Shown here in pieces: positions 27,152 to 37,109 of a stretch of 64,000 nt of DNA. The position numbers and the translations under genes are program-made. Below the pieces are notes generated by a model. The model saw only the letters and a list, made by a program, of their open reading frames with translations, was not told where the DNA came from and did not search any database. The DNA is from an uncultured bacterium. Lineage in GTDB: Bacteria > Oederibacteriota > Oederibacteriia > Oederibacteriales > Oederibacteriaceae. The stretch spans positions 1,088,001 to 1,152,000 of the forward strand of contig OZ218778.1 in assembly GCA_965112635.1 (NCBI GenBank), given 5' to 3'. Every line of letters begins with the position of its first letter. Within the stretch, counting starts at the first letter, position 1.

Positions 27152-30064
27152 ATGAAAAACCTTTTAAAAAAGTCCAACGATGAAGAGGGGATAAAAAATC
27201 CCGTTCTTCCCAGCTCCTGGCAGAAGTGGGCAAAATGGCTGTCCAGGTTCATTTACGGAAGCTCTGAGCAGGAAGACAGTCTAAAAGTATCCCTGAGGGT
27301 TCCGGGAGCCCCAGAAAAAGAGGGAACCGTTGGGCAGGGCCCAGCAGCGCCCTTCTATCTTTCCAATAAAGCATTTCGAAAAAACAATAAATTATTCTTC
27401 AAAAACGCTTTATTGACCTGCTTGTTTATTTTAGTTTTGTGCTGGATCATCCTTGCTTTGTTTTATTGGGAAATAGTTCTGTCAGTTGTTTTAATTTTTA
27501 TAGAGTCTCAATTATTGAAATTAATACCCTGGCAAACTATTTTTCCGGAACAGGACAGGCAGAAAACATTTTTTCAGGCTGTTGAGTGCATTTGTCCGCC
27601 CTTTTTCCTTTTCGGTCTTGCCTTTGCGCTGGCCATTGTAGGCCAGATATTCCTTATCCGGCTTCAATTCAAACCAGGCTCCATATTTTACCTGGCTGCC
27701 ATTGCCCTGGCTTATTTCTATGAGAAAAGGACCGGTAGCGGGGTTCCTCTTGATGCCCAACCCGTTCCCAACAGTACTCCAGGAAATCCTAGCCGAACCG
27801 TATCCCGTCCCGTGTCTTTGAACCCTTTTTATATTTTTGTTCCCCTTATGCTTTATTCAACCGCTCTTACCTATTTAACGACGGATATTTATAAATATAA
27901 GATATCTGATATCCAGCAATACGGCAGTTTGTCGCTATGGGCGGGAAGTATCGGGCTTTTTATGTTCGGGCTATGGTGGGCTGACCCGGTCAAGTTTCCC
28001 AGGAATTCAGACCCTTTGACCCGTTATCAAAAGATAGGCCTGGCCGCCATCCTCATCATGGCCGCGGCAGCCCGGCTCTATAGGTTAAACGACATCCCGC
28101 ACGGGATGATCCACGACGAAGTGGCCCAATTATTGCTGTCTTTTTCCATTCCGATGCCGTTCCAGATCAATGAATGGTTCACGGAAAATTTTACGGAATT
28201 CCTTTCCGGCATTTCCTGGTACCTATCCTTCAAATTCCTTCCCGTGGATAATTGCGTAGGGTTCAGGCTGGGCAACGCGATCCCGGGTATATTCACCGTT
28301 TACTTGATCTTTCAATTCACCAGATTCTGCTTTGGGAACCGAGCCGCGCTTATCACCGCGTTTATTTGGGCTTTTTCGTTGATGCCCGTATCCATCAGCC
28401 GTTCGACCTATTGCGAAGTGCATGTACCCATGGTGACCGTCGGGGTGACCTACTTTTTATACAAGGGCTTAAAACTAAGAAGGAGCATCGACTTTGCCTG
28501 GGCGGGATTTTTCCTTAGTTTTGGCTTTTACTCCTATCCCAGTCTCAGGATCGTTCCTTTTATAGTCCTGTTCTTTTTGATCTTTCTTTTCTTTAAAGAT
28601 AGAAAAATGATCGAGGAGAACAGGCAGGGGTTGATTGTTTTTGTGGCGGTCATTCTGGCCTGGATGTATCCCTTGTTTAATGAGACCTATTTTAAGAACC
28701 AGGACATATGGTCCCGGGCCAAAGCCATTTTCACTCTGAAGGGTGCCCCTGTTCTTTTGTGGCCCTATTATATCGTCCAAAATTATTTCAGGATACTTTA
28801 CGAATATTATTGCAGCGCCACCATGTACAGTGAGTATTGCATCCGGTGGATGGGACTGCCCGGAAAACCTATTTTTGACCTGATCACCGCGGCCAGCAGT
28901 ATCGCCTGCCTAGGCATCGCCTTGCGGAGGCTTAAAGATGCCGCTTTCCTTTTAGTCTTGATGACCGCGTTGCTCAGCATCACGCCCCAGGCCATCACTC
29001 CGTTCGGCTATCCGACGGCCCGGACGTGCGGGTTCCTTCCACCGATCATCATGCTAGCTGGAATTTTCCTGTCCCGGGGTTATGAACTGACCTTGCTGAC
29101 CACGTTGCGACCCTGTAAATCATGGCTACTGGGTCTTTTGGCGGTCATCCTAGGCTTTGTTTGTATTTACAATCTCCATTTTTACTTCGTATCCAACGCT
29201 CAATATGCGGATTTTTTTCCCCAGAATGAAGGTCTGCTGGGTAATGAGGGGGTTTTTGAGGGTTCTAAAAAAGAGATGGAATTTGACAAACTAGGGTATG
29301 CGGTATCCAGCGAATTTGCCGCGCATCCAACAGCCATTGTGGAGACCGGATACAGGGTCCATAATGTCCTGGGATTCTATGCCCCTTATGATACGCCTTA
29401 CCTCAGGAAGTTAAATAAAGATTTCCAGGGGATTGTCTATTTTTTCTATCCCAACAAGAACGACGAGAGAAAGAATATATTGAAAGCCCTTTATCCAGGC
29501 GGTCATTACTGCGCCTTGCTGAACCCAAAGACAAACAACGAGGTATATTGGTCCTATATCGCCGGACGGAATGAAGTGCTGGCCGACCAGGGATTGCATG
29601 GCCTATATTACGACAATCTAAACTTTGAGGGAAGGCCGGTCACGCGGACTGCCTGGGAAAAGGTCTCTTATCTTTGGAAGGCAAAACGCCGGCCGGTGAA
29701 ACCTCCGTTCAGCGCGCGTTATTCAGGAGGGGTTTATTTTGCGGTGGATCAAAGCCATACCTTTACTTTAGAAGCCATGGATCAAACCAGGCTGTTCATT
29801 GACGATAAGCTTGTCCTGTCCCTGGAACAGTCCGACCGGGTTACCAGCGTGTCCACACCCATACTGCCGATGAAAGCCGGACCCCATCGTTTAAGAGTGG
29901 AAGCAAAAGTAAGATCAGTTAAGGGCAGTTTGAATCTGTACTGGAATTCAATCATCAACGGGCAGGAGATCATGCCCAGAGAGGCGCTGCTGCCCCCAGC
30001 TATAGTCGAGCGCCTGTTTGTTCTTAATAATAAAAAAATGCTTTTGCCTATAAGTAAGAAGTAA
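27152..30064 (+). CDS. GT-C glycosyltransferase with PA14 domain, paralog A2
   Basis: IPHGMIHDE. Colinear with A1 and A3 throughout. PA14-like GLHGLYYDN...PFSARYSG. Confidence 0.8.
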   Translation: MKNLLKKSNDEEGIKNPVLPSSWQKWAKWLSRFIYGSSEQEDSLKVSLRVPGAPEKEGTVGQGPAAPFYLSNKAFRKNNKLFFKNALLTCLFILVLCWIILALFYWEIVLSVVLIFIESQLLKLIPWQTIFPEQDRQKTFFQAVECICPPFFLFGLAFALAIVGQIFLIRLQFKPGSIFYLAAIALAYFYEKRTGSGVPLDAQPVPNSTPGNPSRTVSRPVSLNPFYIFVPLMLYSTALTYLTTDIYKYKISDIQQYGSLSLWAGSIGLFMFGLWWADPVKFPRNSDPLTRYQKIGLAAILIMAAAARLYRLNDIPHGMIHDEVAQLLLSFSIPMPFQINEWFTENFTEFLSGISWYLSFKFLPVDNCVGFRLGNAIPGIFTVYLIFQFTRFCFGNRAALITAFIWAFSLMPVSISRSTYCEVHVPMVTVGVTYFLYKGLKLRRSIDFAWAGFFLSFGFYSYPSLRIVPFIVLFFLIFLFFKDRKMIEENRQGLIVFVAVILAWMYPLFNETYFKNQDIWSRAKAIFTLKGAPVLLWPYYIVQNYFRILYEYYCSATMYSEYCIRWMGLPGKPIFDLITAASSIACLGIALRRLKDAAFLLVLMTALLSITPQAITPFGYPTARTCGFLPPIIMLAGIFLSRGYELTLLTTLRPCKSWLLGLLAVILGFVCIYNLHFYFVSNAQYADFFPQNEGLLGNEGVFEGSKKEMEFDKLGYAVSSEFAAHPTAIVETGYRVHNVLGFYAPYDTPYLRKLNKDFQGIVYFFYPNKNDERKNILKALYPGGHYCALLNPKTNNEVYWSYIAGRNEVLADQGLHGLYYDNLNFEGRPVTRTAWEKVSYLWKAKRRPVKPPFSARYSGGVYFAVDQSHTFTLEAMDQTRLFIDDKLVLSLEQSDRVTSVSTPILPMKAGPHRLRVEAKVRSVKGSLNLYWNSIINGQEIMPREALLPPAIVERLFVLNNKKMLLPISKK

Positions 30065-30166
30065 ATTAAAGATTGCAGGTTTGAGCGCTTCGCCCGAGGA
30101 ATAGTGCTAAAATAATTATCTTAAACTCAGGGGTTAAGTCGACGAATCGGAGGAGAGAGGGTCTTT

Positions 30167-33031
30167 ATGGCTGGAGCTTTTAAAAAAACCGACAGAAAAA
30201 AAACGGTCCGGCAGAGAAACCCTCAAGATCATTTGCGGGTTTGGGCGGAGAGGCTGTCGCGGCTTATTTATGGAAGCGATGACCAAAAGGAAAAAAAGCC
30301 GGAAGGTAACATTTTTTTCTCGGATTCGGGGAAGATGAAAAGGCCGAAGGCCGAAAAACAAGCCGTAGCCAATAAGTTCTATTTTTCTCAAGAAGCCTAT
30401 AAAAATGACAGAAAGATGTTCTTGAAGAATATTTTATTGGTTGGTTTGTTTGTTCTCCTTTTACTATGGGCCGTTATTGAATTGTATAAGTGGAACCTTT
30501 TCATGGTCCTGGTGCTGCTTTTTGTGGCCAGCCAATTACTCCAATTTATTCCCTGGGGAGATGTTTTCCCGGGTCAGGAAAGGCCCAAATCATTTTTAAA
30601 GGCAGTAAAAGACTTTTTCCCTCCTTACGGGCTTTTCCTTTTTTCCTCCCTTTTAGCCGTCGCGGGCCAGATTTTTTTTATTTTGCATGAGTTCAAGCCC
30701 GGGGCTTTGTGTTATTTAAGTGCTATTCTTTTGGCTTTTGGCTATGAAGCGAGGAACTGCTCGACGACCCCTGACCATTGGACCGCAACTCCCATACAAG
30801 ACAAGGAAAATCCAACTTTGGCCGGTAAAAGACCCGCTCGCTTCAGATTTATTTATATCGTTGTGCCGATCGGGATCTTTTTATGGGCCTTTTCTTATTT
30901 TATTGCCGGGGTCGAACAATTTTTGGGAGTGTGGTTATGGGTAGCCAGCATCAGTATTTTTATGTTCGGATTGTGGAGAGCCGAGCCCGTCAAATTTCCC
31001 CAGGCAGAACCCCTGACCCGTTATCAGAGGATCGGTTTGGCCGTTATCTTTATCATGGCCGTATTGGTCAGGTTCTATAAACTCCAGGACCTTCCTCACG
31101 GGTTTGTTCATGATGAAATAGCCCAGTTATTGCTAGGTATCGGATTTCCCCTGCCATTTTTTATCAATGAATGGAACTGCGCGAGTTTACCCTTTTTGCT
31201 CAATGGTGTTTCCTGTTATTTATCAACCACTTTCCTCCATTTGGATAATTGTATAGGTTACAAACTGGTCTGTGTGGCGGCCGACTTAACGACCATCTAT
31301 CTCCTCTTTCAATTTACCCGGTTTTGTTTCGGAAACCGGGCTGGACTGTTCGCCGCCTTTCTATGGACCTTTTCGTTCCTGCCCATTGCTATGAGTCATA
31401 TGACCTATGAGCACGTAGAGGTGCCCATGGCGACCGTGGGCTTATTCTTTTTTCTGTACAGAGGCCTAAAACTCCGCAGGAAAATAGATTTTGCGTGGGC
31501 CGGATTTTTCTTCAGCTTTGGCCTTTATGCCTATGCTTCCTTCAGGATCGTTCCCATTATTGCCGTGCTATTTTTAGCCTATGTTTTTTTCCGGGAAAAG
31601 AAATGGATCTACGGGAACATCCAAGGACTAACTATTTTTGGGGTGACCATTCTGGCGTGGCTGGCACCCATCTTGTATCAGGTGTTTTTCCAGCATATTG
31701 ATGTTATGACCCGGGCTTTGTGGACCATCCACGTGCGCAACTATCCGTTGAGGATGGCGATCCCTATGGTACTCCAGGATTATTATTACAGCGCGGTGAT
31801 GTATTCTGAGCTGTGCGCCCGATGGATCGGTCTGCCCGGAAAACCCGTATTTGACCTGGCCACCGCTGCCTGCAGTATCGCTTGCCTCGGTATCGTCGGC
31901 CGCAGGATCAAAGAGCCGATTTTTGTTCTGATCTTATTGATGGCTTTTTTGGGTATGATGCCCGGCGCCCTGACCGAGATGGCTTATCCCACAGCCCGTA
32001 CGACCCAATTCCTTCCGCCGGTCTTTATGCTGGCAGGGTTGTTCCTAGGCAGAGGTTTTGAGGCTACCCTCGGCATTACATCCAGGCTGAAAAAATACAT
32101 TTTTCAGGGTTTGTTCGTTATTCTTCTGGTCTATGTGCTCATCGACGGCATCCATCTTTATTTCGTGGCCAATGCTGAATTTGCAGACTACGCTCCCCGT
32201 CACAGCATGGGCAGCCAATACCTGGGCGAAGCGGATGAATATGAGGCGGCCAGGAAAGAAATGGCGTTTGACAGGGAGGGCTATGCCATATCTGGCGGAG
32301 TGAACAATAACTATTCTCTTCTCCTGCTTAATTGGGTAAGGCCCTATCATTATTCCGATTTTAACCCGTCCCTTGATCTGCCATACCGACATCATTTGGG
32401 CCGGGATTGTCCGGGTGTTGCTTATCTGTTCTTCCCTGGTCCCATCAATGAGGACAAGAAAGAATTTCTGGAATATTTTTATCCCAAGGGAAAGTATGAG
32501 GGCGGCGTGGACCCGAAAACAAAATACGAGATGTTCTGGTCTTATGCGGTCAGCCGTGATGAAGTATTAGCCAACCAGGGGCTGACCGGAAAATATTACG
32601 GCAACCCGGGTTTTGAGGGGAAGCCCGTCACGCAAACCGCCGGGGCTGGGTTGATCTATGATTGGGAGCTAAACTCTCCGGTCAAGGCGCCCTTCAGTGC
32701 TTCTTTTTCTGGAGGATTCATTTTTTCCAATGATCAGATGGTCACTTTCACTTTGAAATCCAGGGATCAAGCCAAATGTTATATTGATGGCAAACTTGTT
32801 CTGTCCATCCAATCCTCGCCACGTATGAAGGGCACGGCAAAGATGGTTTCCCTGAAAACCGGACCTCACCGTATAAAGGTTGAGACCGTGGAAACCTCCG
32901 GCCGGGGAGGACTGGGATTGTTCTGGAACGCGGCCGGAGCAACCCAAAACGGAATTATCCCGAGCGAACTCTTGCTGTCTGACGCGGCCATCGATCGGTT
33001 GATCGCCTTTAAGCATCCGCAGGCTCATTAA
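30167..33031 (+). CDS. GT-C glycosyltransferase with PA14 domain, paralog A3
   Basis: LPHGFVHDE. Shares FQFTRFCFGNRAG and GLPGKPVFDL with A1/A2. PA14-like C-terminus. Confidence 0.8.
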   Translation: MAGAFKKTDRKKTVRQRNPQDHLRVWAERLSRLIYGSDDQKEKKPEGNIFFSDSGKMKRPKAEKQAVANKFYFSQEAYKNDRKMFLKNILLVGLFVLLLLWAVIELYKWNLFMVLVLLFVASQLLQFIPWGDVFPGQERPKSFLKAVKDFFPPYGLFLFSSLLAVAGQIFFILHEFKPGALCYLSAILLAFGYEARNCSTTPDHWTATPIQDKENPTLAGKRPARFRFIYIVVPIGIFLWAFSYFIAGVEQFLGVWLWVASISIFMFGLWRAEPVKFPQAEPLTRYQRIGLAVIFIMAVLVRFYKLQDLPHGFVHDEIAQLLLGIGFPLPFFINEWNCASLPFLLNGVSCYLSTTFLHLDNCIGYKLVCVAADLTTIYLLFQFTRFCFGNRAGLFAAFLWTFSFLPIAMSHMTYEHVEVPMATVGLFFFLYRGLKLRRKIDFAWAGFFFSFGLYAYASFRIVPIIAVLFLAYVFFREKKWIYGNIQGLTIFGVTILAWLAPILYQVFFQHIDVMTRALWTIHVRNYPLRMAIPMVLQDYYYSAVMYSELCARWIGLPGKPVFDLATAACSIACLGIVGRRIKEPIFVLILLMAFLGMMPGALTEMAYPTARTTQFLPPVFMLAGLFLGRGFEATLGITSRLKKYIFQGLFVILLVYVLIDGIHLYFVANAEFADYAPRHSMGSQYLGEADEYEAARKEMAFDREGYAISGGVNNNYSLLLLNWVRPYHYSDFNPSLDLPYRHHLGRDCPGVAYLFFPGPINEDKKEFLEYFYPKGKYEGGVDPKTKYEMFWSYAVSRDEVLANQGLTGKYYGNPGFEGKPVTQTAGAGLIYDWELNSPVKAPFSASFSGGFIFSNDQMVTFTLKSRDQAKCYIDGKLVLSIQSSPRMKGTAKMVSLKTGPHRIKVETVETSGRGGLGLFWNAAGATQNGIIPSELLLSDAAIDRLIAFKHPQAH

Positions 33032-33063
33032 TATTATTCGGTAGATTTCAGGAGGTAGATCGT

Positions 33064-33942
33064 TTGGAGTTTAAGTGGCCCATCCCGCCGGGCGCACCCC
33101 AGGCCCCCTTGTGGACCGGTTCAGGTTTTGTGGTGGGAGGCGAGAAAACCCCTATTCTACAATTTGAAACGAACCCCGTGGCCTGGGACAATGAACTGAC
33201 CCTTTTTCACGAAAGCCACGCTGAGCACGACCATTTTATTGATGCCGCTTCCCGCAGGAACGCCCTTGGCGAATTGAAAGCGTTTGTCAAAATCCCCCAG
33301 CCGGTCATATTGGAGATCGGGTCATCTTCCGGCTTTTTACTACCCCTCATTAGGGAAAAGTTCCCCCAGGGACTGGTCATCGGATCGGATAATTTTGCCG
33401 AGGCCTTGGTGTCGCGGGCGAAGCAGGACCCCTCTTTTCCCCTGCTTGCCTTTGATGTTTTGAAATCACCCCTCGCCAGCGACTGCCTTGACGCCATCGT
33501 CCTGCTGGATGTGCTGGAACATATCAAAGAGGATGGCCAAGCCCTGGCCGAAGTGTTCAGGATGCTCAAGCCGGGCGGTATCGCGGTGATCGAAGTACCG
33601 GCCGGCCCCCATCTTTATGGCATCTATGACGAAATGCTCAAGCATTACCGCCGCTATGACCTCAAAACTTTGAGGACCCAGGCTGAGCGCTGCGGTTTTA
33701 AAGTCTTGCGCGCCTCCCATCTGGCTTTTTTGTTATACCCCTTCTTTGCCTTGGTCAAAAAACACGACAAGAAGCTGATGGAAAGGGGCAGCCGTTTCAA
33801 AGAGGATAAAGTCGCCCAGCGTATTGTTTTTACCCGCCGGAACCTGTTCATGGACGGGATCATGCGGATGGAGCATTGGATCGGCAGAAAAATATCCTAT
33901 CCTTTCGGTATCCGCTGCCTGCTTACCTTACAGAAACCTTAG
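33064..33942 (+). CDS. Class I SAM-dependent methyltransferase (related to 8016-8753)
   Basis: LEIGSSSG, LDVLEHI, EVPAG...HYRRY. Confidence 0.85.
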   Translation: MEFKWPIPPGAPQAPLWTGSGFVVGGEKTPILQFETNPVAWDNELTLFHESHAEHDHFIDAASRRNALGELKAFVKIPQPVILEIGSSSGFLLPLIREKFPQGLVIGSDNFAEALVSRAKQDPSFPLLAFDVLKSPLASDCLDAIVLLDVLEHIKEDGQALAEVFRMLKPGGIAVIEVPAGPHLYGIYDEMLKHYRRYDLKTLRTQAERCGFKVLRASHLAFLLYPFFALVKKHDKKLMERGSRFKEDKVAQRIVFTRRNLFMDGIMRMEHWIGRKISYPFGIRCLLTLQKP

Positions 33943-36725
33943 GGCCGTTCCTTGCTTTGAACCTGTGGGACCGGCTGGGAGGCGGGAACCCCGGACACGC
34001 CAGCCAGTTGCCTGGCGAAAGATACATGGCCGGAGCCGGGAGTAAGGTCGAGATAGGGGACAGCCTGCCAAGGTTCGTTGACCCTGTGCCAGATGAGATG
34101 GAAACCGCCCTCTGTGGTTACATTGAGAGTGTGTTTGCCGGCCTTAAGGACAAGGCGGGGCATGGCATTCCTGGCCGGGGTAAACTCCGCGGCCAGTTTC
34201 CCGTCCAGTTGTAATTTTTGATGGCCGGGAAAATCTTGGAAGGAAAATTCATATTCCCCGGGCTGTTCGACCCAAAGGGACCCTTGCGCCTTGAATGCAC
34301 CCGGAACCTCACCGCCCTGATAATAAAAAAGATAAGGGTCTCCTTCCGCGGGGGACAGGGGCTCGAGGAAAAAGCCGTGCTGACCCAGGGGGACATGGGT
34401 GAACTGGCTGGCGGTGAATTCCCGGGGAATATGATCTTTACCCTGGAAGAAAAGATGGATGTGATTTTTTTTGTCATGGCGCGTATAAGACAGTTCACAC
34501 TCATGCCATCCGGTCAAAAAAGAGGCCGGCTGGGTGCCCCCCCCATTCCAGATGACCTGGATCCCGTCTAATTTCAGGTTGCATTCCTGGCCGATCGTAC
34601 GGTTGTCCGTGTAAAAGGTGTAGGTGCCGGCGTCCAGGTAGCAATATCCTTTGTATCTTAAAAAACAGGTGTTTTCAGGGGTCTGCGGACCGGGGTTAAA
34701 AGGGTTCTCGATAGACAGGTTTTCGGGTTGGTGGTGTTTGGAGCCGCTTGCCCTAAATTTCACGCTCAGGCCCCAAGCACTTTCCATATCCTGTTTAGAG
34801 GTTTTGAAGGCGTAGCCCCACAGCGTCCCATCCCAGCCTTTGATCTCCTGGATAACCCCGTGAGGATATATAGACGGCAGAAAACCCTCCATTCCGGTGA
34901 GCAGCCGTAAATAAAAAAGAGAATCGCCGGAACAGGACTGGCGCAGGGGCCATTGGGTCATATCCAGCGTATCAATTTGCCCATAGTTGCGCAGAAAACC
35001 GAGGTAGTAGTAGAGCGTTTCCGGCTGGTAAAAGCCGCTCGGCATATCCGGCGGCAGAACCAGGCGGGCTTGGCCCGTATTCCTGAGAAAGTAGCGGCCG
35101 ATAGCGTTCATTTCATCAGACTTCCAGACAGGGTCTTTTTGGCGTTCTACGAAAAAGCATTGGGCGTGATACTGGAGATATATAGGGAAGATGATCAATA
35201 GGACCAGCCAGGCCGGCAGTTTGAGAGGCCTGACCAAAAATCTATCCAGCCCGACCCCCGCGAACAAAAAGATAAAAGGGAATAGGCCGGTGAGCCGTTC
35301 TATTTGCGGGTAAAAGAAGTCGGAAAGACAAGCCGGGACAAAGCCGGCGATGAACAACAAAAGCAGGAGCACGGACCTTTTGTCCCTTAAACGGCTGGCC
35401 GTATAAGAAAGGCCAAGGACCCACAGCACTCCGGTGATGATGTCCAAGGGAGGGTTTTTGTAGCTGGCAATGACAAAGTAGTTGTAGTAGTTCGCGTAAT
35501 AAAAATTGAAAAAAGTGATATTTTTGTAAGCGATGTCCGCATAGAGAGCCATTTTAGGCGCCAAGGCCAGCTGCTGCAGATGAGAAGCCTCGCGATGTAT
35601 GTTGCCCAGGGCGTTGGAAAAGGAGAACAGCGTGAAATGGCTGATGTAGGGAATGGCCATGGCCAAAAAACCGAGCCAGAACCAAACGCTCTGCTGAATA
35701 AGGGAGCGGTTGGCTTTACCCTCTGTCCAGATCAAAAATAGCCAGAACAACAGGAAAAAGAAGGGGAAAAGATGCATGGTGAAATATCCGTACATTCCCA
35801 GTCCCATTGTGATGCCTGCCAATAAAAGCAGAAGGCTTTTGCCGGTCCGCAGGCCCTGGAGCAAAAGGCACCCGAAGAGGGTCACGCAAAGCACGTTAGG
35901 CAGGAAAATGCTGCCAATGCGGGCAAAGGTGAGCAGGTCGGAAAAAGCCGCGATGAAAAAGGCCGCGCTCAAACCCACCCACGTACCGAAAAAGGCGCGG
36001 CCCAGGAGATAAACGCACAGGGGTATCAGGATGGCCAGGATGGAATTGTTTATTTTTCTGGCAAATACGGGGTCATGGGAAAATATGTTCTCGGAGACGG
36101 CCGCGCCGTATACCCATAAATGGGACAATCCGCTAAAGGACGCGTTGAAAAAAGGATAGCCGCTCATAACTTTTTGCATCGCGCTGCCTTTGGCATCCTG
36201 GCTTTGCATCAGGAGGTCATCCACATAACAATTGGCAGGCAGGTCATTGTAATGATAGAAAACAAGACCGCAGGATAACAGCAACAGACCCACTAAAGCG
36301 AAGGCTTCCCATTTTTTAAAGGGAACAGCCGGGCCATGGGTCATCCCCCGGTTTCGGCGGTCCTGCCACAAGGCCAGACAATATAAAGCGATAAGTTGTC
36401 CGAAACAGATGAGGGATACCAGTGTGTTCAAATTAAAATAAACAAAGAAAACCTGTAAAACATTGACCAGCACAAAGAGCACGGATAGGACTTTAATCGT
36501 TTTGGAAGAGTTGGGGCGTACTACGGTTAAGGTTGTTTTGGTATCAGGTTGGCTAAGGAAGCCAAAGATAAGGGCCAGCAGGGCGGCTAAAAACCATAGA
36601 TGAAGGCCCTGGGATAAATGAGCCTTATTGAGTTGAACCTGGCCCAGGACCCCGAAAAAAATACCCAAGAGAGCGAGCGCTGCCAGGAGAAAAGATTTTA
36701 TCCATCCTTTTCGAACTGCCACCAC
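33939..36725 (-). CDS. GT-C glycosyltransferase with PA14-like domains, paralog B1
   Basis: LPANCYVDD loop, RIGSIFLPN, GYFTMHL. Beta-rich C-terminus with GWHECE and GEYEFSF. Colinear with 45695-48475. Confidence 0.75.
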   Translation of the reverse strand: MVAVRKGWIKSFLLAALALLGIFFGVLGQVQLNKAHLSQGLHLWFLAALLALIFGFLSQPDTKTTLTVVRPNSSKTIKVLSVLFVLVNVLQVFFVYFNLNTLVSLICFGQLIALYCLALWQDRRNRGMTHGPAVPFKKWEAFALVGLLLLSCGLVFYHYNDLPANCYVDDLLMQSQDAKGSAMQKVMSGYPFFNASFSGLSHLWVYGAAVSENIFSHDPVFARKINNSILAILIPLCVYLLGRAFFGTWVGLSAAFFIAAFSDLLTFARIGSIFLPNVLCVTLFGCLLLQGLRTGKSLLLLLAGITMGLGMYGYFTMHLFPFFFLLFWLFLIWTEGKANRSLIQQSVWFWLGFLAMAIPYISHFTLFSFSNALGNIHREASHLQQLALAPKMALYADIAYKNITFFNFYYANYYNYFVIASYKNPPLDIITGVLWVLGLSYTASRLRDKRSVLLLLLFIAGFVPACLSDFFYPQIERLTGLFPFIFLFAGVGLDRFLVRPLKLPAWLVLLIIFPIYLQYHAQCFFVERQKDPVWKSDEMNAIGRYFLRNTGQARLVLPPDMPSGFYQPETLYYYLGFLRNYGQIDTLDMTQWPLRQSCSGDSLFYLRLLTGMEGFLPSIYPHGVIQEIKGWDGTLWGYAFKTSKQDMESAWGLSVKFRASGSKHHQPENLSIENPFNPGPQTPENTCFLRYKGYCYLDAGTYTFYTDNRTIGQECNLKLDGIQVIWNGGGTQPASFLTGWHECELSYTRHDKKNHIHLFFQGKDHIPREFTASQFTHVPLGQHGFFLEPLSPAEGDPYLFYYQGGEVPGAFKAQGSLWVEQPGEYEFSFQDFPGHQKLQLDGKLAAEFTPARNAMPRLVLKAGKHTLNVTTEGGFHLIWHRVNEPWQAVPYLDLTPGSGHVSFARQLAGVSGVPASQPVPQVQSKERP

Positions 36726-37109
36726 AAACCTTTCGTGCTACGGAGTGCGTTCAAAAGACCACGAGCCAGTCGCTTCGCTCGCCTCGACGGCTAGGCGGGC
36801 CGACTAGGCGAGCTCCCCGCGGGACGAGGTGAACCACCCGAAGGGGAATAGTGCTCCAATTATAAGTCTTTTTCATATTATCAGATTTCCAGAAACTTTT
36901 TAACCAATGGCCGGGAGTGAACAAGCCAACCGTTGTGGATCAAAAACCCGCTGTTTCCTCAAAAAATAATCCAAAACGCCCCAGATTGCCGTAAAACTAG
37001 GAACAAAGAATTACTTATGCTACTATCTTTTTAGCAACACTCTCGTCTGAAATTTGATGGAAGATGGGCCGATCCAAGGCCGTTACCATCAGGAGAATGA
37101 TCAAATACC

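Noticed and set aside
25400-29900. Exact 3000-nt offset between matching blocks of paralogs A1 and A2, suggesting an assembly artefact
   Set aside because: The copies differ by many substitutions and indels and both ORFs are intact. The round number is a coincidence.
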